DNA from: an uncultured Chloroflexia bacterium
GTDB taxonomy: Bacteria > Chloroflexota > Anaerolineae > Anaerolineales > UBA11579
Assembly (NCBI GenBank): GCA_963797275.1
Contig: CAWCOT010000006.1
Span: 163,469 to 227,468 of the forward strand
Direction: 5' to 3'
Length of the DNA: 64,000 nt
Shown: positions 50,571-59,811 of the stretch, one piece after another
How positions within the stretch are numbered: the stretch's first letter is position 1
Layout: each line of letters begins with the position of its first letter
The notes under the pieces: model-generated
Seen by the model: only the letters and a program-made list of their open reading frames with translations
Databases searched by the model: none
Told to the model about the DNA's origin: nothing
Position numbers and translations under genes: made by a program

Positions 50571-51609
50571 ATGCAAACAGCAGTTCAAAACGAGAAACCC
50601 GCCTGGGTTGATATCGTCAAACAGTACACCGTTCCCAACGCATGGAAGAGTTCCTGGCAGATGATTAACAGCCTGGTACCCTTCTTTGCCATTTGGGCTT
50701 TGATGGTTTACAGCTTGCGCGTAAATTATCTGCTCACACTGGCATTGGCCTTCTTGAACGGATTGTTCCTGATGCGCATCTTTATTATCCAGCACGATTG
50801 TGGGCATAACTCGTTCTTCAAATCCACGAAGTTGAACAACCAGATAGGGACGGTGCTGGGCATCCTAACCCTGACTCCTTATTATGCCTGGCGCGGGTCT
50901 CACGCCCGGCATCACGCTTCCTCTGGCGACCTGGACTTCCGCGGCATCGGCGATGTCGAAACCCTCACCGTGGATGAATACCGTGCCCTTTCCTTGTGGC
51001 GCAAGCTGCGCTATCGCTTCTACCGCAGCCCGCTGGTGATGTTCGTGATCGGGCCATCCATCCTGTTTATCATCCTGAACCGTTTTCCGATTGGCTTAGG
51101 GGCTGGCCAGGAGCGCGAAAGGGAAAGTGTTTATTTCACCAATATCATGCTTGCGCTCATTTTCCTTACGGTGGGTTCAATAATTGGCTTCACCGAATTG
51201 CTCATAATGTGGTTGCCCTTGATGGTGTTTGTTTCCTCGGTCGGAGTTTATCTCTTCTACGTTCAGCACCAATTCGAAGACACTTATTGGCGCTGGCACG
51301 CCGAATGGGATTACGCCGAAGCCGCGCTGCGCGGCGCTTCTTTCTTCAAGTTACCCAAAGTGCTGCAATGGTTTAGCGGGAATATCGGTTTTCACCACCT
51401 GCACCATTTGAGCCCCAAAGATTCCCAATTACAACCTGGAAAAAGCCCATTACGAGAACCCTTCCTTCCAGCAGGTGAAGACCATCACGCTGTTAAGCAG
51501 CCTGCAAAGCGTTTTCTTGCACCTGTGGGATGAGCAAACTCATAAACTCATCAGCTGGCGGCAATATGCCCGCCTCTCTCGACCCACCCGCCAACTAAGC
51601 GCCGGCTAA
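50571..51609 (+). CDS. fatty acid desaturase, apparent 1-nt insertion at about 51420
   Basis: Histidine boxes HDCGHNSF, HARHH and HHLHH. After HHLHHLSPK the adjacent frame reads IPNYNLEKAHYENPSFQQVKTITLL...-stop at 51607-51609, the expected desaturase C-terminus. Confidence 0.8.
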
Positions 51610-51619
51610 CCAGGCAAAC

Positions 51620-51652
51620 AAAAAGCGGAGGCTTGCGCCTCCGTTTTTTTTA
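51620..51652. terminator. bidirectional rho-independent terminator between convergent genes
   Basis: AAAAAG-CGGAGGC-ttgc-GCCTCCG-TTTTTTTT. Confidence 0.8.
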
Positions 51653-52711
51653 CTAATTCCCAGGCTCGTTGCCTACGATCACTCCGCTCAAACCATTCGC
51701 AACGTTGTAGGTGATAACCACACTCACCACGCGTCCTCCAAGGCCAAAGCGCAGCGTGCCTATTTCGTCCTTGACCACTTCGTCGATTAGCGACCATCCC
51801 GAGGCCGGCATTTTGTCCTTATAAAAGTCCATAATGATCGTCATTTCCGAAGGGCTTTGATAGCTAAGGATCCCATCGAAGATTGTCTGGTTGGTCGCAT
51901 CCGGCATCACAGGGAAATCACTGGAGGCCATTGCCTCGCATCCAGTTGGGATGCTGATATCCGCATTAGAATTCAAGGGGGCAAAATCCAGGACGTATGT
52001 GAGATTGCCTTCCAGCCCTCCGTCCCCAGTGAGCAGTTCGCTGGTTCCGCGACCTTCCAGCACTACGCGCAGCAAATAATTCCCATCCTGGGCCACGTAA
52101 AGCTCGCCTCTACTTATGCGATTCAACTGCATCGATGTGGCATCTGACATATGCAGGTTGGCCAGGACCAAAGCGTAATGGTAGGCTGCTACCCCATTGA
52201 TCGTGGCGTCCGGCAAAATGCGTTGGACCTGGCCCGAAAGGATACCACCGGCCTCGACCAGGGCATTAAAAGGATTATCCTCTACCCCAACCAGGGTCTG
52301 GCAGCCAATGGAAGGATTGTAAGCGTAGCTTTTCCCATAGAGTGTAGCCACTTCCATAAAGCCGCCTGGAAAAGGAGTGTCACCACTTACTGTAAAGCGC
52401 TGGAAGTTAGCCGGGGGATTGGCTTGATTTTTTTCCGACAGGTTAATTGATGCGGAGATCTGGGAGCCATCTGCCCGCGTTCCCTCGAACCGGAAATCTA
52501 GGGCGACTGTGTAGTTGCCGGGTAACTCAACTAGATTGTCGGGGTCGTTCAAATTCAGGATGCTCGGCCCTGTGTCCTTGGTGGCTGTTTCAGTAGCCGC
52601 AGGCGTCACCGTGGAACTGGGTTCAGCTGTTGCAGTGGGCGTCGGGGGCGTCGAACAAGCCTGTAAGAACCCGAGCGACAAGGCAATTAATAAGGTTGTA
52701 TGTGTCCTCAT
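51653..52711 (-). CDS. secreted lipoprotein, unknown function
   Basis: MRTHTTLLIALSLGFLQAC lipobox, then a Thr/Pro/Ala-rich linker, 352 aa. Confidence 0.65.
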   Translation of the reverse strand: MRTHTTLLIALSLGFLQACSTPPTPTATAEPSSTVTPAATETATKDTGPSILNLNDPDNLVELPGNYTVALDFRFEGTRADGSQISASINLSEKNQANPPANFQRFTVSGDTPFPGGFMEVATLYGKSYAYNPSIGCQTLVGVEDNPFNALVEAGGILSGQVQRILPDATINGVAAYHYALVLANLHMSDATSMQLNRISRGELYVAQDGNYLLRVVLEGRGTSELLTGDGGLEGNLTYVLDFAPLNSNADISIPTGCEAMASSDFPVMPDATNQTIFDGILSYQSPSEMTIIMDFYKDKMPASGWSLIDEVVKDEIGTLRFGLGGRVVSVVITYNVANGLSGVIVGNEPGN

Positions 52712-52854
52712 GTATATTTGTCTAACTCCTTAATTACCCATCGCTCATTTTATCCGGGCCAGATGCTGCCGTATTGAATTCATTGACCCTTAACCTGTAA
52801 AAGAATGACCTATCCTATAATTAAATCACGATTAGCCACACAGGAGAAATCGCC

Positions 52855-54519
52855 ATGCCAAGCAAGCAGCCTAAAAGCACAGCTTCATTCCCCAATATTT
52901 GGATAGGCATCCTGCTGGGCGCCTTGAGTGCCTTCGCCCTAATTGGACTTCTTTCTTTGGGAGGAGACCTACTGGGTACCCCCTTCGTCCCCTTCGATAT
53001 CTTCGATTGGATGAGCCGCAGCCTCCCCGGATGGCTGATCGGTGGAGTGATCGGCATTATGGTCAGCATCATCAGCTTCCTGCAGACTTTTCTCCCCATT
53101 GGAAGCATTTCCAGCACCGCTAAGCTGGCCGAACAGGGCATTGCCTTGGGCCAACTGGTGGTCGGGGGTGCTGCCTTCGGGGGCCTGCTAGCCTGGCTTG
53201 GCCGCAAACCCAAACGCAACCTAATCCTGTATGGGCAGATCGGCGGGTTTGTCCTACTTGGCCTGACCCTGATCATCGAAATTTTGCTGGGAAATCCCGA
53301 AATGCAGGGCTTCGCCACAGTTTGGCTGGCTGTGCTCTTCATCGGTTGGGGTTGGGGGCTGGCTGCGCTACTCGAGCAGCTAGCGGCTTCGCCAGTCGCC
53401 GCCCAGGAACAACAGATGTCTCGGCGCCAGTTCCTAACCATGAGTGGCGCGGGGCTGGCCGCGGCCGCCTTGGGCGCCTGGGGCGTCGGCCGGATCTTCG
53501 GCGAGGGCACCCTGCTGGCGCAGGTTAGCCCGGTGGCCGCTCCGCTGCCCGCCGGCGAGGATCCTTATGGGGTCTCTCAGACTTCGGGCCCAGCGGCTTC
53601 GCCCTCGCTGGATGAACTTGCCGCCCGCCCTGCCGCTGTGCAGGGCACCCGCCAGGAACTCACGTCGAACAAAGAGTTCTATCGCATCGACATCAACACC
53701 GTTCCACCCCAGGTCAAAGAAGAGACCTGGCGTTTGCACGTGCACGGCATGACTGACCAGGAGCTGTACATGACTCTGGACGAGATACGCAGCATGCCCT
53801 CCCAAAGTCAGATACTGGCGATGCAGTGCATCTCTAATCCTGTTGCCGGAGACCTCACCTCTTCCACTCGCTGGACTGGTGTGCGCTTTCTCGACCTTCT
53901 GAACAGCGCCGGCCTGCAATCCGGGGCCGCTGGTGCCTACATCCATGGCGTGGACGGCTTTGACGAATTCGTTAGCATGGAAGACATCCAGGACGAACGT
54001 TGTCTACTGGTCTACGAAATGAACGGGGAACCCCTCCCCGCCGCCCATGGTTTTCCCCTGCGCGTCTACGTCCCTAACCGTTACGGGATGAAGCAGCCCA
54101 AATGGATTCAGGACATTGAAATCGTCCCTGAGCGCCTCGATGGATATTGGGTGGTACGTGGTTGGGACCGCGAAGCTTATGTACAAACCGTTTCCGTGGT
54201 GGACACAGTGGTCGTCGACCCGGATCAGGGCGATAACGGCATGGCCATGACCGGCGGGATAGCCTGGGCCAGCGGCCACGGGATCAGCAAGGTTGAAGTG
54301 AAGATCGACAAAGAGGATTGGCGGGAAGCTGAGCTAATCGACCCTCCGCTAAGCCCATTGACCTGGGTGCTTTGGCGTTATTCGTGGCCCTATGAGAGCG
54401 GACGCCACAGCGTCAGTGTGCGTGCTTATGATGGCAACGGCAATCTCCAGGTAACGGATGAAAATCCGCCACACCCTAGTGGAGCCACCGGCCTCCATAC
54501 AGCCAACGTGACCCTTTAG
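52855..54519 (+). CDS. molybdopterin-dependent oxidoreductase (sulfite-oxidase/YedY-like fold) with an N-terminal multi-TM domain
   Basis: About 190-aa hydrophobic N-terminus, an internal SRRQFLTMSGAGLAAAALGAWG, then FYRIDINT, CISNPVAGD, NGEPL...HGFPLRVYVPNRYGMKQPKWI and a C-terminal Ig-like dimerisation-type domain. Confidence 0.8.
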   Translation: MPSKQPKSTASFPNIWIGILLGALSAFALIGLLSLGGDLLGTPFVPFDIFDWMSRSLPGWLIGGVIGIMVSIISFLQTFLPIGSISSTAKLAEQGIALGQLVVGGAAFGGLLAWLGRKPKRNLILYGQIGGFVLLGLTLIIEILLGNPEMQGFATVWLAVLFIGWGWGLAALLEQLAASPVAAQEQQMSRRQFLTMSGAGLAAAALGAWGVGRIFGEGTLLAQVSPVAAPLPAGEDPYGVSQTSGPAASPSLDELAARPAAVQGTRQELTSNKEFYRIDINTVPPQVKEETWRLHVHGMTDQELYMTLDEIRSMPSQSQILAMQCISNPVAGDLTSSTRWTGVRFLDLLNSAGLQSGAAGAYIHGVDGFDEFVSMEDIQDERCLLVYEMNGEPLPAAHGFPLRVYVPNRYGMKQPKWIQDIEIVPERLDGYWVVRGWDREAYVQTVSVVDTVVVDPDQGDNGMAMTGGIAWASGHGISKVEVKIDKEDWREAELIDPPLSPLTWVLWRYSWPYESGRHSVSVRAYDGNGNLQVTDENPPHPSGATGLHTANVTL

Positions 54520-54534
54520 CCCAATTTAGAGCTA

Positions 54535-54567
54535 AAAAAGAGGGCAGCCAAGCTGCCCTCTTTTCTT
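54535..54567. terminator. bidirectional rho-independent terminator
   Basis: AAAAAAGAGGGCAGC-caa-GCTGCCCTCTTTTCTT between convergent genes. Confidence 0.8.
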
Positions 54568-54582
54568 ATAATTAGGTTCCGA

Positions 54583-54951
54583 TCAAACTGAAATGGGGAT
54601 TAACTCTTCAGCCACGCGGCGCAGTTGTTCATAGCCCACCGGCTTCACCAGGGTGCCGTCCACCTGGCTCGAATATTGCTCCGCTTTGAGCTCATCTCCC
54701 GTAACCAGCAGCACGCGTGTATGGAACAGACGGCCTTGGCTACGTATCTGTCGCAGCAGCACCCCACCGTCTAAACTCGGCAGATGCAAGTCCAGCAAAA
54801 CCAAATCCGGGCTGGTAAAAACCAGATTAGCTTGGGCTTTGTGCCCATTATCCATAATATCGGTCTTGAAACCTGCGTCCTGCAGAGCCTTCTGGAACAA
54901 ACGGGCGACCTGCGGGTCATCCTCGACCACCATAGCGTACGGCGTCCCCAT
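54583..54951 (-). CDS. single-domain response regulator (CheY-like receiver)
   Basis: VVEDDP, DLVLLDLHLPSLDG, and LLVTGD...KP. Confidence 0.8.
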   Translation of the reverse strand: MGTPYAMVVEDDPQVARLFQKALQDAGFKTDIMDNGHKAQANLVFTSPDLVLLDLHLPSLDGGVLLRQIRSQGRLFHTRVLLVTGDELKAEQYSSQVDGTLVKPVGYEQLRRVAEELIPISV

Positions 54952-55048
54952 ATCCTTCTCCTTAGAAATAAGTGCGCGATTCGATTTATCTAATGATTCA
55001 ACACGCAGTTTTTCATTTGGGTTCGCGCTCTTTGAATTTCCCTCCGAG

Positions 55049-55078
55049 TTGACGGCCTCTCAAGGGATATGGTATGAT
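55049..55078 (+). promoter_or_regulatory. extended -10 sigma-70 promoter of the infC-rpmI-rplT operon
   Basis: TTGACG, 18 nt, then TGgTATGAT. The ATG that opens the track ORF (55074) lies inside this -10 element. Confidence 0.6.
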
Positions 55079-55133
55079 GCGGCCCGCCCTTGTTACCGGA
55101 AAAACCGAACAGGTGGCAGAGGAGAAATTACAG

Positions 55134-55766
55134 ATAAGTACATCTGAATACCGGGTAAATAGATCCATTCGCGCCAAAGAGGTACGCCTCATTGATGGAG
55201 AAGGGGAAAATCGCGGTGTGGTCTCAATCGAGGAAGCCCTGCGCATTGCCCAGGCCGCTGGCCTGGATCTGGTTGAAGTTGCGCCGAACTCGAAACCGCC
55301 TGTTTGCCGGGTAGTCAACTACGGAAAATTTACCTACGAGCGGACCAAGAAAGAGCGCGAGGCCCGCAGGGCGCAGAAGAAGATCGAGATCAAAGAGATT
55401 CGCCTGCGCCCCAAGACCACCGAGCACCATCGCGGCTTCAAGGTCAAGGCCGCCCGAGGTTGGCTCAAAGAAGGCAAGAAGGTTCGCGTGCGCATCCGCT
55501 TCCGCGGGCGCGAGCGCGATTATCCTGAAATTGCCCTCGAAGACCTCAAGGAGATCGCCGCTGACCTGCAGGACCTGGCAATGATCGAGCAGGCTCCTAC
55601 ATTTGAAGGGCGCACCCTGTTGATGATATTGGCCCCGCAGGAAGGGACCGCCGCTCCCGCTGCCAAATCGGACGGGGACGACAAGCTTGAAGAGAAAACC
55701 GAGAAAGTAGCCAAGAAGACGGAAAAGGCAGCACCCAAGAAAAAAGCACAGCCCGCAAAAGAATAA
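55134..55766 (+). CDS. infC: translation initiation factor IF-3 (probable non-AUG ATA start) with a Lys/Ala/Glu-rich C-terminal tail
   Basis: RVNRSIRAKEVRLIDGEGENRGVVSIEEALRIAQAAGLDLVEVAPNSKPPVCRVVNYGKF. AGGAG lies 9 nt before the in-frame ATA at 55134. No in-frame ATG, GTG or TTG lies between the promoter and the conserved N-terminus. Confidence 0.8.
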   Translation: MSTSEYRVNRSIRAKEVRLIDGEGENRGVVSIEEALRIAQAAGLDLVEVAPNSKPPVCRVVNYGKFTYERTKKEREARRAQKKIEIKEIRLRPKTTEHHRGFKVKAARGWLKEGKKVRVRIRFRGRERDYPEIALEDLKEIAADLQDLAMIEQAPTFEGRTLLMILAPQEGTAAPAAKSDGDDKLEEKTEKVAKKTEKAAPKKKAQPAKE

Positions 55767-55790
55767 CGCAGCGGGTATTAGGAGAAAACC

Positions 55791-56042
55791 GTGGCAGTAA
55801 AAAAATTCCGCATGAAAACCCATAAAGCCACGGCCAAGCGCTTTCGCTTGACCGGTTCCGGCAAGCTGATGCGCACCAAGGGCGGCAAGAGCCACTTCCG
55901 CCGCCGCACCTCGGAGCGTACCAAAGCGCTGTTCTCCGAGATGATACCTGTAAAGGGCAAGGGCTACATCAAGCGCATCCGCCGCTTAGCCCCCTATATG
56001 AGCAAATACAAGACCAATCCCAATTCGCATACGGCGAAATAA
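55791..56042 (+). CDS. rpmI: 50S ribosomal protein L35
   Basis: MKTHKATAKRFRLTGSGKLMRTKGGKSH. GTG at 55791 follows AGGAG. ATG at 55812 is an alternative start. Confidence 0.85.
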   Translation: MAVKKFRMKTHKATAKRFRLTGSGKLMRTKGGKSHFRRRTSERTKALFSEMIPVKGKGYIKRIRRLAPYMSKYKTNPNSHTAK

Positions 56043-56051
56043 GAGGCAAAC

Positions 56052-56399
56052 ATGGCACGTGTAAAAACCGGCGTTACCCGCCGTAAGCGACATCAACGAG
56101 TTCTAAAAGTTACCAAGGGTCAGTATGGCACGCGCTCCAAGCTGTACAAACGCGCCAACGAAGCCCGATTGAAGAGCCTGTGGTACTCCTATCGTGATCG
56201 CCGCAACCGCAAACGCGACCTGCGCGGCTTGTGGATCACCCGCATCAACGCCGCCGCCCGCCTGAACGGCACCACCTACAGCCGCTTGATGAGCGCCTTC
56301 AAGAAGAATAATATCGGCGTCAATCGCAAGATGTTGGCGGAGATCGCCATCAGCGACCCTCAGACTTTTAAGGCCCTGGTGGAACAAGCCAAGATATAA
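56052..56399 (+). CDS. rplT: 50S ribosomal protein L20
   Basis: MARVKTGVTRRKRHQRVLKVTKGQYG...RDRRNRKRDLRGLWITRINAAAR. Confidence 0.95.
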   Translation: MARVKTGVTRRKRHQRVLKVTKGQYGTRSKLYKRANEARLKSLWYSYRDRRNRKRDLRGLWITRINAAARLNGTTYSRLMSAFKKNNIGVNRKMLAEIAISDPQTFKALVEQAKI

Positions 56400-56419
56400 A
56401 TCTCAAGCAGAATAAAACC

Positions 56420-56458
56420 AAAAGGAGGTTGGCCTGTGCCAACCTCCTTTTGTTGTTT
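56420..56458 (+). terminator. rho-independent terminator after rplT
   Basis: AAAAGGAGGTTGGC-ctgt-GCCAACCTCCTTTTGTTGTTT. Confidence 0.85.
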
Positions 56459-56467
56459 CTCTCAACA

Positions 56468-57571
56468 CTAAACTTGGAATTCTCCGTTCTGGTAGAACAA
56501 TTCGCCGTCCACCCGGATCTCGCTGTCATGGTGCATGTCGCAGATCATGTCCCAGTGCAAGGCGGATTTGTTCCTGCCGCCGGCCTCTGGGAACCCGGCG
56601 CCAACCGCCATGTGGATCGTCCCCCCGATCTTTTCGTCGTACAGAATGCTCTTAGTAAAGCGGTCAATGGCAAAATTGGTGCCGATACCCAACTCACCCA
56701 AAAAGCGGGCGCCTTCGTCCTGGTCCAGCATCTTGATCAAATAATCTTCATTCTTCTTGGCCGTGGCCTTGACCACCTTGCCGTCCTTGAACTCCAGATG
56801 AATGCCGTCGACCTCACGCCCCAGGCGGATGGCCGGGAAAGTGTAGTCCACCCACCCGTTGACCGAATCTTCCACAGGGCTGGTGAATACTTCCGAGCCG
56901 GGCATGTTATGCGTGGCGGATGAATTCAAGAATTTGCGCCCATCCATCGACATGCGAATGTCGATATTTGGGCCATGCAGTTCAATTTTTTTCTTGCCGG
57001 CCAGCCACTTGACTAGCCGCTCTTGTTTGGCTTCGACCTCGGTCCATAGCTTGACGGGGTCTTCCTGGTCCGCGAAGGTGGCTTTGTAGACGAAATTCTC
57101 GTAGTCGCTCAGGCTCATATCTGCTTCTTGGGCATACGCATTGCAGGGAAATTGCGTCAGAGTCCAGCGTAGCTCGCCGGACGCGCTACGTTTGAAATAC
57201 GAATCGTAGATCCCCTTACGCGCCGCCGAGCGGATTTGTTCCTTCTTGGGATCCGCCGCGGTCATTGTCCGTGTGTTTTCCGTCGCCTGGATACTGATGA
57301 ATACATCCGCGTCCTCGAATGGCATGCGATCGAAAGGCGAAATCCATTTGAGTTGCTCCTCATTGGCTTCTTCCAAAACAATCTGTGCTGTCGAATCTAC
57401 ACCCATAAGTAAATTGGTATTCCCGCCCGCCCTCACCGCATAGCGCAGTACCTCACGCGCCAAAGGTTCCGCTATTGGGTGGGCAAGGATGATCACCCAA
57501 TCTCCAGGCTTTACCTTCACCGAATAATCCACCAACGCTTTAGCCAGCCGCTCCACGCGTACGTCCACCAT
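56468..57571 (-). CDS. M29 family aminopeptidase (AmpS/PepS-like)
   Basis: Start at the ATG preceded by GGAGG, MVDVRVERLAKALVDYSVKVKPGD. The C-terminus GTNFAIDRFTKSILYDEKIGGTIHMAVG...ALHWDMI is the M29 hallmark. Confidence 0.8.
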   Translation of the reverse strand: MVDVRVERLAKALVDYSVKVKPGDWVIILAHPIAEPLAREVLRYAVRAGGNTNLLMGVDSTAQIVLEEANEEQLKWISPFDRMPFEDADVFISIQATENTRTMTAADPKKEQIRSAARKGIYDSYFKRSASGELRWTLTQFPCNAYAQEADMSLSDYENFVYKATFADQEDPVKLWTEVEAKQERLVKWLAGKKKIELHGPNIDIRMSMDGRKFLNSSATHNMPGSEVFTSPVEDSVNGWVDYTFPAIRLGREVDGIHLEFKDGKVVKATAKKNEDYLIKMLDQDEGARFLGELGIGTNFAIDRFTKSILYDEKIGGTIHMAVGAGFPEAGGRNKSALHWDMICDMHHDSEIRVDGELFYQNGEFQV

Positions 57572-57649
57572 GAGCGCCTCCTTAAAATTCGGGCATTGGC
57601 ATTCTAACATCTCCGCTTCAGCGGCCTGGCGGTGAATTAGAATACTTGT

Positions 57650-58429
57650 GTGATTACTTCGATCCACAATCCACGCATCCAAGAGCTGCGCGCTCTGCAG
57701 CGCCAGACCAAGCGCCGCCGCGAGACGGGCACCTTCATCGTGGAGGGTGTGCGCCTGGCCCGGGAAGCCTTGGCGTCTGGCTGGCCCATCCGCCAAGCCT
57801 TATACACCGAAGATCTGGCCGCGGCTGACCCAGGTCTGCTGAAAGATATAGCCGCACGTACCCAGGCTGAGCCGGTCGCCGAAACTGTTATGAAGGGTGT
57901 CAGCGATACGCAAACCCCTCAGGGCATCCTGCTGCAGGTTGAGTACCAGGACCTTTCCCTATCCAAGACTCTGGATTTTGCGCTTATCCTCGATGGGTTG
58001 GCCGACCCCGGAAATCTGGGAACATTGCTGCGCAGCGCCGCCGCGGCCGGCTGCGGCAGCGTGCTGCTGGCCCCTGGCTGCGTCGATGCTTTTGCACCCA
58101 AGGTTCTGCGCAGCGGCATGGGCGCCCACTTCCACCAGCCTATCCGCAGTCTGGATTGGCCGGGGATTACTGCTTTCGTGAAGCAATACAATTTGCTTCC
58201 GCTGCTGGCTGCCGCCGGCCAGGGGAATACCTACTCTCAACAAGACCTGACAAAGCCCGTGGCCCTGGTCCTGGGCAGCGAGGCGCATGGTGCCGGGGCG
58301 CATGTGGACGCGCTCATACCAACCTTCATTAATATCCCAATGCCCGGCGGCAGTGAGTCACTCAACGTGGCCGTCGCCGGCAGCATCCTTCTGTTCGAGG
58401 TCGTACGCCAGCGCGCTGCATCAACATGA
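57650..58429 (+). CDS. TrmH/SpoU family RNA 2'-O-methyltransferase
   Basis: DPGNLGTLLRSAAAAG, LVLGSEAHG and IPMPGGSESLNVAVAGSILLFE. Confidence 0.8.
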   Translation: MITSIHNPRIQELRALQRQTKRRRETGTFIVEGVRLAREALASGWPIRQALYTEDLAAADPGLLKDIAARTQAEPVAETVMKGVSDTQTPQGILLQVEYQDLSLSKTLDFALILDGLADPGNLGTLLRSAAAAGCGSVLLAPGCVDAFAPKVLRSGMGAHFHQPIRSLDWPGITAFVKQYNLLPLLAAAGQGNTYSQQDLTKPVALVLGSEAHGAGAHVDALIPTFINIPMPGGSESLNVAVAGSILLFEVVRQRAAST

Positions 58430-59652
58430 AAATTCGCTCGCTTACCTTCTTTATCGACCCAGCTCATCTACCCACTGCCAACGACCTGCAGCCGATGGAA
58501 TCTGCCGCTGCTGCAGCCAAGCGAGCGTACCAGAAAGCTGGCATTGAGGTGCAAACTTTGCGCTTAGCCACCTCTCCGTTTCCGCGCTGGGTCCAACCCT
58601 TGACGCAAAGCCGGGTCGTTGAAGTCGCGGCTGCTCTCGAAACCCTCGCCAGAGAGCACGGCTTCGAATATGTTTCCATGGGGCCCGCGCTCCCCGACTT
58701 GCCCGAAAGTTACCGCTTCATCCCAGATATGCTGGCCGCTACTCAAGGCGTCTTCTTCAGCGGCATTATTGCCTCGCAGCCCTCCGGCATCCACATGTCA
58801 GCTGTGCGCGCTTGCGCCGACATTATCCAGAAGGCTTCTACATTGGAGGGCACCGGTTTTGGCAATTTGCGCTTTGCCGCGCTGGCCAATGTACCCGCCG
58901 GCTCTCCTTTCTTCCCCGCCGCTTATTCGCCCGGCGGACCGCCTGCCTTTGCCATCGCCACCCAGGCCGCCGACCTGGCCGTTGTAGCCTTCGAGAATGT
59001 TGCAGATGCGCAAGAGGGCAGCCAGGCTTTGACCGCCCAAATAGAGCAGCAAGCCCGGCGCATGACCGAAATTGGGCAGAAGATCGCCTCGAGCAGCCGT
59101 GTTTTATTCGCCGGCATTGACTTCTCTCTGGCTCCTTTCCCTGCAGAACGCGAATCTCTCGGTACCGCATTCGAGCGCCTCGGCATTCCCGCCGTCGGGC
59201 TGCAAGGTTCTCTGACGGCCGCCGCCATTCTCACCAACGCCATCGACGCCGCTCAGTTTGCCCGCACCGGTTTCAACGGTTTGCTACTGCCCATCCTGGA
59301 AGACGCCACCTTGGCCAAACGCGCCGCCGAAGGAACTTTGCGCGTAAATGACCTCCTGATGTACTCGGCCGTATGTGGCACCGGCTTGGACACGGTGCCT
59401 CTCCCCGGGGACACCGGCTCAGATGAAATGACAGCCTTACTTGTGGACCTGGCCGCGCTCGCCCTGCGCCTGGACAAGCCCCTCACCGCCCGTCTGATGC
59501 CTATCCCCGGCAAGCAGGCCGGAGATGAGACTAATTTTGATTTTGATTACTTTGTCAACAGTCGTGTGATGAGCCTGGACGCCCACTCGCTCCAACCCCC
59601 TCTATCTGAAACCGAGACTATACAGCTACACCCCCATCACAAACTAAAATAA
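58426..59652 (+). CDS. DUF711 (UPF0210) family protein
   Basis: MKIRSLTFFIDP N-terminus, about 400 aa, and YSAVCGTGLDTVPLPGD near the C-terminus, which is typical of the family. ATGA overlap with the upstream methyltransferase. Confidence 0.65.
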   Translation: MKIRSLTFFIDPAHLPTANDLQPMESAAAAAKRAYQKAGIEVQTLRLATSPFPRWVQPLTQSRVVEVAAALETLAREHGFEYVSMGPALPDLPESYRFIPDMLAATQGVFFSGIIASQPSGIHMSAVRACADIIQKASTLEGTGFGNLRFAALANVPAGSPFFPAAYSPGGPPAFAIATQAADLAVVAFENVADAQEGSQALTAQIEQQARRMTEIGQKIASSSRVLFAGIDFSLAPFPAERESLGTAFERLGIPAVGLQGSLTAAAILTNAIDAAQFARTGFNGLLLPILEDATLAKRAAEGTLRVNDLLMYSAVCGTGLDTVPLPGDTGSDEMTALLVDLAALALRLDKPLTARLMPIPGKQAGDETNFDFDYFVNSRVMSLDAHSLQPPLSETETIQLHPHHKLK

Positions 59653-59811
59653 AGGAGAGCAAAATCGCAAGCACATTGCCTCCCCAAAACCACACCGACC
59701 AGGTAGGGCAATTCCGGTCTTCCAGGTGCAGATGCGTACCATTGCGTATCCTCCTTAGATAAAGTGAGTATCTATTACGATATAACGGGAAGGAGCGCGC
59801 GGGTTACCTTA

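Noticed and set aside
52712-52854. A possible Moco riboswitch upstream of the molybdoenzyme gene.
   Set aside because: The 143-nt AT-rich intergenic region shows none of the conserved Moco-motif helices or sequence blocks that I can recognise. It looks like an ordinary promoter region.
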